The notes below the pieces were generated by a model. The model was not told the origin of the DNA, searched no databases, and saw nothing but the letters and a program-made list of their open reading frames with translations. Both the position numbers and the translations under genes were made by a program. 55,311 bases of DNA from positions 1 to 55,311 of the IMG/VR virus record IMGVR_UViG_3300044846_001238, one strand, 5' to 3'. This document shows, one piece after another, positions 49,101 to 54,778 of the stretch. The stretch comes from a virus (lineage: Duplodnaviria; Caudoviricetes). Each line of letters starts with the position of its first letter. Position 1 is the first letter of the stretch.

Positions 49101-49335
49101 AGGCAAAAGTAACAAAGTTGGTAACTTCACGAATAACATTAAAGTGCTGAACGTCAGTAGCAAGTGCAGCACTGGCAGTTAGAGCGCGCTCTGCAACGCT
49201 AAAGACAGCGTCGTCTGAAACTTTACGAGCTTCTGGGACATCTACGTTCCTAGTCTCAATGATGTCGATAATAGAGTCTCTTAGACCTATTCCGCCATCG
49301 TAGTTTTCATCGAACTGATCAATTAAGTTACTCAA
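40108..49335 (-). CDS. Giant 3075-aa polyvalent protein: DEDDh exonuclease + UvrD/Rep-like SF1 helicase
   Basis: TTG start 4 nt after the upstream stop. FDFETTG..GHNGFMFD..HEADAD (~44460-45012). ALAGTGKTT (43288-43314), RTLHS, DEAQD (42349-42363), VGDTNQSIFGF, RRS, TRTN, TSHTAKGLE, YVSGTRAK (40741-40764). Confidence 0.9.
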   Translation of the reverse strand: MSNLIDQFDENYDGGIGLRDSIIDIIETRNVDVPEARKVSDDAVFSVAERALTASAALATDVQHFNVIREVTNFVTFASEGNISETVAKHTDLLPVNHPNSTAAHEFSSLELRQLRAEWIASDPRITDENARAIVAAVYGSNPNSLDFHYNMIRLSSVRDQIPSDLRIRPILAFGDPYAGKNSFWHRKMRAEGQRRDEEGQFAEMGGGARLYVKMPMGNIISVVGKIAGIPENDPKGIDLEITDVPGITPGIYTVPSDMTKFFKAILPAEAIEKSSPVGPGLGVNFIDIADMIRKDLPTSWYTTESAAGAALLSTNVKPAQNYATGDGYRLAMYNGVTEALENRVAEARDKFGATVLNTKGTDTLEGDKPVYELISTKRGQEEVVGYAQDWSGVQQMTTAEDTNYPDAENEPIEEVAQPQVVAELPEVQEEVLEEDETEDDTELPGFNPIQSLPRTWRQTEQPNTFLSVDGLYVAEYGDLSVGTESVDTLDIETGERYVGDAPLITPGTMNIYSNRTGHYIASVFSWDSVERFTRSYEEDEDLPIVDRMAAGDVADKAPVDKDSLLPERKKFLEPLNEDIAAKIEKAAQTKNVLNAGGYEAKLGVEGVGEGVILSEIQNSGFYMSLDKDLLRRKGLPEAVDLWDEMHDYPQEFTVKDLATLYYNLYHGGLADVNPKGSLIYPQQREKIRRAIANLSNYKVPPAEYANLQAKIDQFRFAPTYEGSSFLAQINAVLNNYRGSNVKRGLTFKDVKKVLGSEVIVSDAIVGENGVPQEILRIEENPDKPDSLGIYFKGDSEGVAGGFIRVKKDEPVSVYRGSGVLPTEENLRRDAELKSGKASVSETPATETPILTGDGPDPKITEGKKDPKDVSNPLSDKIKNRLKFLAFYAIVDDAFLVDRLYEIANNLDNYGFKEVQDTLNRASAIAIQRTAEEGVTGSPDQRKFLKTLIRDRNVPEDKIQESLNDLAGMHKYSQSKMNEKIAQYKLYRAKPKAVDGAETTDITETIDITAIEIAEGRGLDDIPESEYAPLGTDLVGTKAPTKSIMVKAKQVIDNYDISPAALRYFMKNHRKMPINEWYDFNALWGQEKLEKFVPKVFTQAIPEKEGGPSAKQLASVERSLAKGAFPKALSDFLLQNYKTKDKRWFAKLIDVTRRYEEDFDLLVFEYAMRNGLDLTDLKRPSNFIVPDSYAPLDANVGADFPAEDLQKLRNKSSNKFLPTLVERHGLDPWWTPIIEALSSAAENLDDNLGTNEEQQAALRAKLARQEAAKATRIDIDAVVKQLREMLKKSNRELNSDGKRFVQQAIEELSSLRGALDGRRKNIMQQSPAEFDRRVKLIGTALANIPTASYSYGKIRNPKEKTLRNLEDAASIVVSDLVGAYTAGQDMEDSPIVDRKIDINSPKPNMKRFTPPAFAGEALEPLRNMSDWEQVRDFISKLVLYVFDFETTGIFDVDAPEIKNDPIQLAIAKAFNFAIQEQYNSYINPESQLSQFTMNTIGDGTGKKVTKEFLQDQKSKLNAMQDFLDMVPEGAVLVGHNGFMFDMEVLNRTLLESGLPQYKFGGFIDTFGLSKYVMPRWSASTPNAPFRLSDFPSQGKYGVQVPSDSLEALVTYFGLSNNGRHEADADVVSTLEILGKILDFAAEGKSDKGRTFDFEGSKNGWSDSEYATASEEYKNQVADYLLGRKLFDYAMFVNNILDKNRQSADSNSAEASNQILSSLEEIASRRVVERPEDRTSTMPASRVVSELGAGSYVLNVLTNQIGRSYGSTGEGLVLVEFPAAEYLSSGRTTLQKVKPSILYNATEAIVSKNGMALDLGMTVTHSSLGDNEAGTFSGFNGIGVGIIKNGEKIYKVPVNEISVLPYAGVPVSEKENKDTALDLVDELLASKALSRDFANAVKSSIKSDSYPRVALNNLISMLVNSREQQNIVKANKDTPEALPTAEQSASSSAGPIVDAKKKTPKLVTEKYDKTVLNLSLVNRYMPKVQLTSELENILKAALSDNRPDLIVNALAGTGKTTMLEVLAYVYAAMNPDKNLLYMVFGKENQEEAEARLDGVKNIAARTLHSVAMGVKPNQELRRKYDAIPKQLGDSEGMTIRYSAYDIAESFFLEDQYGDAIQEQYGVYLRGVDLARLAYDGLENWVNSADTEISRKHFKDFLNMLSLNPSWSPGARKFLTVGKDKDINDLDPLSLKVGELVGEDGVFIGKRYVRKDVDGRIVEIFNEGTTPVEIEGDDFSYSEEYIVDIPEDASRNEGVFIEQLALIAQDFWQDILSPHDPNKRQLVVREQHMVKNWSLGNIDLSSATVGPRGGVTSELGLPKIPNVIMLDEAQDLNPVFIDIMKRQKGNGIQFITVGDTNQSIFGFSGTANALNELVADAEFPLTVNRRSSPEILGPANDILKALGSLIFLQSAVNESGEIFEPNTMLLDDMFLITRTNAGILDATLDLETESFYDGKYFAITAGLKQRVSAHVDTMKYLYYDDLNNAKLRKLNEAAAALLVEAPKLKAAYEELKVAYRGIDPTTKEPILVRVDRTNPRAPIYTPMTTASEIREAKLELKNAIESLSKREDRSLTLTQIEDYMKLAGEVEATRSRIENAKPPVVRPADLIGATWGSIEAAIKAGTADEDTRVIFSLMSKLRGPADPEKGTKGRRLLPGPALIELSRRINDYRIVNNDYKMPEEVGLNGFFGNEIAYSVRDGNLVILPGGAKKPGSYRREGKKSPLFENAPLLESLGFERSTEMVPDRQETGKMYRAAEWIKAIDSTDEVSLKNEILAVYNALSGSDAAVQFLTSHTAKGLEQENVRLWKDWDPTYEPEEEGVAKAKPEKLEGETDEQQEERLAKEKQEKINKAINRQEVNGWYVSGTRAKRRIDFGGLANYITPEALKNASMLILRDENPDATEEELIEMGLKMGLTAEDFNKSNEQDADGPVVDKKVSPSGEDYYSKFNRDLMERKLSYIKSLKLSLKTPYMQRIVPFRFATDADVNGEIEMTNREIADLQANPNAKRQRDETSRLGLLQILAMLESGTGLTELSPEDRNRLFAYLGMSSLGSSGALDPDPTPKIRLALAELDNRLGIE

Positions 49336-49339
49336 TTTA

Positions 49340-51559
49340 TTAGTCTTCCTCTGGTTTTGGTAAAAGGTCAGCGTCTTCGCTGTCGTATAAATCTATAGCA
49401 AGGCTAGCAGCTCTATCGAACGGTGATTCAGATGCAGCAACGCCACGTCTCCATGCAGCCCTAAAGATTGGAATGCTTTCTAGACCTAAGCCAGAAAACT
49501 CTGCAAAAGCGTAGATAGCCTCTTCTGGATCAGCGTACTCAGATTCATCTTTAAGTTCGATATACAAATCGCGATCTGCAAGTGCAGAAGCTGTGATGCC
49601 AGCGTCAGCCTTGATTGAGCTCTTTGGGTGGCCCTTAGGTAATAGGTCATTGTCCTGAACATACTTAGGGTTTGAAGGCTTGCCTGACTTAACTAGTTGT
49701 AGAAAAGCATTTACGCGAGCCATAGCCCATGAGTTTCTGTTCTGGTCAGGGCGGTGTGAGGTAGAGAATGCTCCAGCTCCGCGACGGTAAACTGCTTTAA
49801 GTTGAGACATAGTAACCTTGCGACTTGCGCTCTCTACGCTCTTGTTGTGGCTCTCAACTTTATCCTTTAGAGAGTCTTCGGTCTTCTTGGAGAAAGTTAC
49901 TTTACGTCCGCCAGCTGCAGAACCTTTAGGGTTCTTTTTTGAGCCCTTGATTTGGTCTTTCTTAGGGGCTGGCTTTGAACCTGCAGTTGCAGTTACAGAT
50001 GCTTCGTTGTCTGGGACGCAGTTAGGAACCATCTTGCCGTTTTTTTCCTTCATACCAACTTGCTTATAGCCGTCCCAGCAAGGGCCGTCTGCTGAAAATT
50101 CCATGTCTTCTTCGTCAATAGCGACTGGCTCAAAACCAGTTGCGTTGATAACAGATAGCTCAGTATCTTCTGTTACAGGTCCACCAGCGGCCCATGCGTT
50201 ACATGTGCGCTTTGATGCACACTTAAAGTCTAAAGCGTTGCAGTAGCCAAGCTCGCCGGCTTCAATTGAGCCTTCTGCTTCTTGGTTACCTAGTCCGATA
50301 CCTTCTTCTAGGCATTCAAGCATCTTCGGGCTGCGAACAAAGAAGATGCAGTTTCCACAAACAGCTGACTTGGCTTCTTCAACGTCGGTATTCCAACGGT
50401 CAGCTTTGTCTTGCCAGAACTCTTCGTTCGGCTCCGCTGGGTTTAGTGGTCCATAACCAACGTTGTCAATAGCTTTTTGTCTGTTTTCAAGGTTTAGCTG
50501 GATGTCCTGAGTTGCAGGAGGGCACTTGCCTCCGTAGCCGCCGACGTCAGCAGTTAGAGTAATAACCTTTGGCTTCTTAACCTTGCTCATGTCTAGGACT
50601 TCTGCAGGGGCTCCTGCGCCGCCAGCAAACTCTCCAGGCATATACTCGTGGTCGTGCTTGTATTGCTTGTCCTTAGGTGCCTTGGCTGGGTCAACAGTGC
50701 CGTCAGGTAGGACTGCAAAACGGCAGTAACCCTCCGGGTCAACCTTGAATGCAACAACTGCACATTCTCCGCCTCCGCGGAATAGTACACAGTTGCCACA
50801 CTTGACGCCCATCTCAGCGAGAGGGTTGTCTTCTGGCTCGTGGTAGTCTGCCCAAATGCCAGTTTGGTCTTCATCAAACTTGCCGTACTTGTCGGCAATT
50901 TCAATCAGAGCCTCTGCTAAATCTCTTTCTTCTGGTACTAGTCGTCCAGCAGCAAGAAGTGCTGCACGAATTGATTCAGGTGTAGGCTGAAGTTCCGCAA
51001 TTGTAACGTTGTTATCGTTATCAACTGCTAGTAGAGGAACTCCAGCCTTAGATTTTCCCATATCAATATCAAGAGTGTGGATGGTAGTTGCGTCAGCACC
51101 AATAGTTGTGCCTAGCTGCCAAACCCAAGTCTCAACTGCACTGATACGTCCAGCTAGGAAGTCTGCAACACCCTGAGCATTAATCGCGTTAGCAATGTTG
51201 AAGGCATCGCATAGGCGGTTAAGTGTACACAAAGAGCCTTCGTAAAGTACGGCAGACATCTGGATAGGGTCTCCGCTGACAATGCGGGCCTCAACTGCGG
51301 TTAGTTCGCTGAAGTGGTGTAGTAGAAACGGTGCGTCATAGCCAAGCTTACGGATACTTTCCGCGTTCTCGTCTTCTGAGTTAGCAAAATCTTCATAGAT
51401 TTTACCAAAGAACTTGTGAAACTGAGAGAACTCAGGTCCCTTGACGTTCCAGTGGTAACCCTGTGCAAGATAGTGCAAAGTAACGGCGTCTGAAAGAATC
51501 TCTGCGAGAGCCTTAGCAAGACCTTCCTTACTTAGATCATATGGATGTTCGTGTTCCAT
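49340..51559 (-). CDS. Dps/ferritin-like domain fused to a HiPIP-like Cys4 domain, a second Cys-rich domain and head-associated domains
   Basis: HWNVKGPEFSQFHKFF..IY..DENAESIRKLG is the Dps signature. Also CGNCVLF..C..VDPEGYC; CPPATQD..CGNC..GYC..FKC..RTC; CWDGY..MVPNCVP; LKAVYRRG.GAF.TSHRP..WAMARVNAF (DUF5824-like from memory). Confidence 0.85.
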   Translation of the reverse strand: MEHEHPYDLSKEGLAKALAEILSDAVTLHYLAQGYHWNVKGPEFSQFHKFFGKIYEDFANSEDENAESIRKLGYDAPFLLHHFSELTAVEARIVSGDPIQMSAVLYEGSLCTLNRLCDAFNIANAINAQGVADFLAGRISAVETWVWQLGTTIGADATTIHTLDIDMGKSKAGVPLLAVDNDNNVTIAELQPTPESIRAALLAAGRLVPEERDLAEALIEIADKYGKFDEDQTGIWADYHEPEDNPLAEMGVKCGNCVLFRGGGECAVVAFKVDPEGYCRFAVLPDGTVDPAKAPKDKQYKHDHEYMPGEFAGGAGAPAEVLDMSKVKKPKVITLTADVGGYGGKCPPATQDIQLNLENRQKAIDNVGYGPLNPAEPNEEFWQDKADRWNTDVEEAKSAVCGNCIFFVRSPKMLECLEEGIGLGNQEAEGSIEAGELGYCNALDFKCASKRTCNAWAAGGPVTEDTELSVINATGFEPVAIDEEDMEFSADGPCWDGYKQVGMKEKNGKMVPNCVPDNEASVTATAGSKPAPKKDQIKGSKKNPKGSAAGGRKVTFSKKTEDSLKDKVESHNKSVESASRKVTMSQLKAVYRRGAGAFSTSHRPDQNRNSWAMARVNAFLQLVKSGKPSNPKYVQDNDLLPKGHPKSSIKADAGITASALADRDLYIELKDESEYADPEEAIYAFAEFSGLGLESIPIFRAAWRRGVAASESPFDRAASLAIDLYDSEDADLLPKPEED

Positions 51560-51576
51560 TATTCTTTTCCTTATTG

Positions 51577-53373
51577 TTATTGAACTTCACTTTGGGAAGT
51601 GGTAGGTTCAGCTAATTGGGTAGGTGGTAGTTCCTCGGCTTGTTGCTCTGGAGGTAGCGGGGCTGCGGTTGGAGCCGGAGCCGGAGCCGGAGCCTCCGGA
51701 GCTGGTGCGCCTGGAGCCGGAGCTCCTGGCTGGCCTTGAAGCATTTGTTGAAGCTGGTCTGGCATCGGTCCAACGCTTGAAGCCTGTTGAGCCTGTCTTG
51801 CAGCGTCAATAATCTCTGGAGCAACCGCGGCAAGCATCGCTTCAGAAAGTTCTGGGGTGATCATACCCTTTTGGAGTAGGATTCGTAGTCCAAGTTCTGT
51901 TGGGCTAGGTGCATCGGACTCTGAGAAGCCGTGACTACGTCTCCAAGTCTCGAATGAGACGGCCATACGGTCAAAACCGTTGTCTGAATCGGCTGCACGG
52001 TCATTTCTGGTCGCTACAGCTGATGGGTCGTACCAAATTACCAGTCTGTCAACGTCAACGTCGGCATATCCGTTAGCTTTTAGGTACGGACGTAGGTAAA
52101 CAACGGTAAAAGCGTCAACAATGAGCAACATAAGAGGCTCAATGTGAGTTTTGTAGAGAGTTTCGTCGATTTGTAGAGCATTTGAGTACTTTACGTTCGC
52201 AAGACCGGTAACAATGTCCTTAGGGACGTCGAGACCCTGCAAAATACGCTCCAAAACGCGGTCAGAACGCTCCGCCAAGGCTGGATCGAAGCTACGTTCG
52301 AACTTGAACTGCTTAATCTTGTCTCCGAGCTCTGCTGGGCCTCTAATAATCAGTGGAACAACGGCTGAAGCTGAATCTTCGTCGCGAATCGGGGTTGTCA
52401 TCGCGTCGATTAGCTGATCTTCGAACTCATCGGCCAATTCTTCAGGAGTTGGCTCTGAATAAATGCCATCTGCATCGTCATATGGGTAGTTTGGGTCCGG
52501 AGTTGCAGCTACGGACAAGCCATCAGGCAAATAGAGCGCACCAGCGTTCAGTCTGGAACGCGCAGTTGCACGGAATGTGCGGTTTAGGAGCAAAAGTTCG
52601 GCACAAAGGTCAAGCATACCCTTTAGGCTGGAGTCAGCTTCGTCAGAAAAACGTGGGTGAGCTCGCCAAATGCGGCCAACGAACGCTGTGCTAGGAAGTT
52701 TTGTAAGTCCACGCTGCGCCGGGTTGGTAGTTGAGTTACCAGCTTGGTATTCTCGACGTGCAGCAATAACGTAGTTGCCCTTTGAGTCGATGCTTAGCTC
52801 GTCAACTGAGCGGATATCCCAAGATTCTGGAACTCCGTGGCCAGCTAGTTGTGGAGATTGAACAAGGTAGCACTCTCCAGTAACAGAAAGGTTGAGGGCA
52901 GCGTCACGAAGAAGACCTGCTTGGCCTCCGTAAGCTGAATCTAGACGTGCAAGGGCACGTTCGGCTGCTGTAGCCAAATCTAGAGGGATAGTTGCGCTCA
53001 TGCGAACTGGTTTTGGGGCTTCTGACGGGTCTTCTACAATCGCAGCGTAAAGACGGATGCGAGAGATGACGGAAGCAACAAGGTTGAAAGCATATTTTAC
53101 TTCGCCGATGGCGTCGTAGTATTCCCAAGCTTCGGTTTGCCAGCCTGAAGACTGCGCTGTGCGACGGTTACGGAATTTTTCAGCTTCGCCTTTATCGTTT
53201 AGACGTACCTGAGTAGCCGCGGCAGTAAGTGAGCGGATAGCTGTGTAAGCCGCTGCTTGATATCTGCCATCTTGGCTGAGAAAGACTGAATTTGGAGGCA
53301 ACTGACTAGCTGCTGAATATGCAGCACTACCTCTGAGTGGCTCGTTAGCCGGGGTGCGATTGAAAACGCCCAA
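51577..53373 (-). CDS. Portal protein
   Basis: TTG start with AGGAG RBS. WQTEAWEYYDAIGEVKY..SRIRLY, NLSVTGECYL, RIWRAHPR..EADSS, RSRLNAG and SASAVVPLII fit actinophage-type portals. Pro/Ala-rich tail; first gene of the head module. Confidence 0.88.
   Translation of the reverse strand: MGVFNRTPANEPLRGSAAYSAASQLPPNSVFLSQDGRYQAAAYTAIRSLTAAATQVRLNDKGEAEKFRNRRTAQSSGWQTEAWEYYDAIGEVKYAFNLVASVISRIRLYAAIVEDPSEAPKPVRMSATIPLDLATAAERALARLDSAYGGQAGLLRDAALNLSVTGECYLVQSPQLAGHGVPESWDIRSVDELSIDSKGNYVIAARREYQAGNSTTNPAQRGLTKLPSTAFVGRIWRAHPRFSDEADSSLKGMLDLCAELLLLNRTFRATARSRLNAGALYLPDGLSVAATPDPNYPYDDADGIYSEPTPEELADEFEDQLIDAMTTPIRDEDSASAVVPLIIRGPAELGDKIKQFKFERSFDPALAERSDRVLERILQGLDVPKDIVTGLANVKYSNALQIDETLYKTHIEPLMLLIVDAFTVVYLRPYLKANGYADVDVDRLVIWYDPSAVATRNDRAADSDNGFDRMAVSFETWRRSHGFSESDAPSPTELGLRILLQKGMITPELSEAMLAAVAPEIIDAARQAQQASSVGPMPDQLQQMLQGQPGAPAPGAPAPEAPAPAPAPTAAPLPPEQQAEELPPTQLAEPTTSQSEVQ
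51670..51725 (-). repeat. In-frame GGAGCC repeats encoding the Pro-Ala tail of the portal
   Basis: PGAPAPGAPAPEAPAPAPAP. Confidence 0.75.
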
Positions 53374-53408
53374 AATAAGCTCCTGTCATTTAAAACGGAA
53401 CGGAGTTA

Positions 53409-53705
53409 CTAATCAACCCGCGCGGTTATTATTCCAGCAACTGCCGAAAGGGCAAGCGGTATAGAAAAAATCACCACTGTTGCTGAGTCTATTGTATACC
53501 AAATTGTCAGAAGTGATCCGAACCAAATTGACATACACCACACGCATGTAAATAGATACCCCGTTAGGGTTTCTGGGCCTTTACGCTTCCAAATGCGTTC
53601 ACGTAAGGGCTCAAAGATAACGTCTATGGTCAGTAGACGGGCTAGCCTGTAAGTTGCTAAGGCTAAAATAATGAATTGAAAAAGGGTAGGTTCCTGTAAT
53701 TCCAT
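53409..53705 (-). CDS. DUF1360-like small membrane protein (98 aa)
   Basis: Start re-assigned to ATG 53705, 1 nt after the upstream stop. ALATYRLARLLTIDVIFEPLR..LFTCVWCMSIW plus hydrophobic helices. Confidence 0.75.
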   Translation of the reverse strand: MELQEPTLFQFIILALATYRLARLLTIDVIFEPLRERIWKRKGPETLTGYLFTCVWCMSIWFGSLLTIWYTIDSATVVIFSIPLALSAVAGIITARVD

Positions 53706-53706
53706 G

Positions 53707-54075
53707 CTACTCTTTCGGGTCTCGGACTGAGTTGAGGGTTTTGTAAGGATTCCAAGAACGTAGACGTGAGCCACAACCGCAGTTGGTGTCCTTACGGAAG
53801 GCAACAAACTTTCCGGACTCTGTAATTATATATGAAGTCTCTGCTTCTTTGGCTCCCTTTTCGAAAAAAGAGTAACGTTCGTTAAAAACTATTTGAGCAC
53901 CGTTTGGGGCATCTTGGGCAACGGTGATGTGAGTGTCGGTAACTATAACCCGAGTGGTTTGAACACGGGCTCCCTGAGGCGGAGGGCTGATTGGACTAAG
54001 ATCGTGGACGTCGGTGAGGATGTTGGGAGGGGCAACGGTCAAGTTGGCTGGGAAAACGTCTTGAAGTATTTTCAT
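53707..54075 (-). CDS. Hypothetical protein with C-terminal CGCGSRLRSWNP motif
   Basis: AGGA RBS; tightly packed with neighbours. Confidence 0.75.
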   Translation of the reverse strand: MKILQDVFPANLTVAPPNILTDVHDLSPISPPPQGARVQTTRVIVTDTHITVAQDAPNGAQIVFNERYSFFEKGAKEAETSYIITESGKFVAFRKDTNCGCGSRLRSWNPYKTLNSVRDPKE

Positions 54076-54084
54076 GTATCTATC

Positions 54085-54594
54085 CTACTTGGAAAGTCGA
54101 CGGGCTATTGCACGGTGGGTGACTCCGGCTGCTCGGGCGATGTCGGCAATGGAGACGTCGTTAGCTCGGAGGGAGTGGACTATTTGATCCATCTCTTCGT
54201 TGGCTTGGTATTCCTTGGTAACTGAGGACATTCGGGCTCGGTAGTTTTTGGCTATGGGAGCTATCTCCTTAAGGACGTCGGCTATTTCGGGTGGGACTCC
54301 AGGGGAAACTGGGGTCTTGCGTTGGTAGCCGCCGTCGGGAGTTCGTAGACGTGGGATAGGGACGTCGGAGCTGACGTCTAGTAGGAGTAGGTCGCGTTGG
54401 GAGTAGCGGTCAACCCAAGACTTTATGGTTGAGCGACCTTTGGGTGGGGTGAGAGCTTCGCCGATAGATTGGAGAGTCCAGCCAGCGTGGAAGAGTTGGG
54501 CGACGCGCTTATGGAGATTGGGGCCTGAAAGGGAGTTTAGGAACTCGGCTTCCTTTTTGGGGATTGATTGTAGACGGGCTGATCTTCTGGACAT
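54085..54594 (-). CDS. Double helix-turn-helix DNA-binding protein
   Basis: GWTLQSIGEAL..GRSTIKSW and VSIADIARAAGVTHRAIARRL. Confidence 0.8.
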   Translation of the reverse strand: MSRRSARLQSIPKKEAEFLNSLSGPNLHKRVAQLFHAGWTLQSIGEALTPPKGRSTIKSWVDRYSQRDLLLLDVSSDVPIPRLRTPDGGYQRKTPVSPGVPPEIADVLKEIAPIAKNYRARMSSVTKEYQANEEMDQIVHSLRANDVSIADIARAAGVTHRAIARRLSK

Positions 54595-54600
54595 GGGACT

Positions 54601-54609
54601 ATTGTATCA
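54601..54609 (-). promoter_or_regulatory. Extended -10 promoter TGATACAAT, probably giving a leaderless transcript
   Basis: TG-A-TACAAT is followed by 6 nt and then the ATG at 54594; no SD sequence. Confidence 0.6.
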
Positions 54610-54778
54610 TGAATGGGGCTATTGTTTATGTACTGTATTTAATAATGATACCTTAACGTTTTTTGGTTTTGGCCTGCGAGAAGGCAGCACTATGTTTCTG
54701 GTGTCGTCAAATTCGTTTCCAAAATTCAATACCCCCCCTATGAAATTGTTATTAATTTGTGATAATTTAATTTTCACT

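Noticed and set aside
21913-49335. Virion RNA polymerase or DNA polymerase within the giant proteins
   Set aside because: I recognised no DFDGD-type, T7-type or PolA/B/C motif sets. Large unassigned regions remain, so a profile search could overturn this.
21913-49335. Stop-codon recoding or assembly chimera as the cause of the giant ORFs
   Set aside because: Both ORFs are open in the standard code, TAA, TAG and TGA all serve as stops in the window, and the linker motifs are coherent throughout. Read-level confirmation is still advisable.
53706-53807. N-terminal extension of ORF 53409..53807
   Set aside because: It overlaps the upstream gene by about 100 nt. ATG 53705 abuts the upstream stop and begins the recognisable membrane domain.
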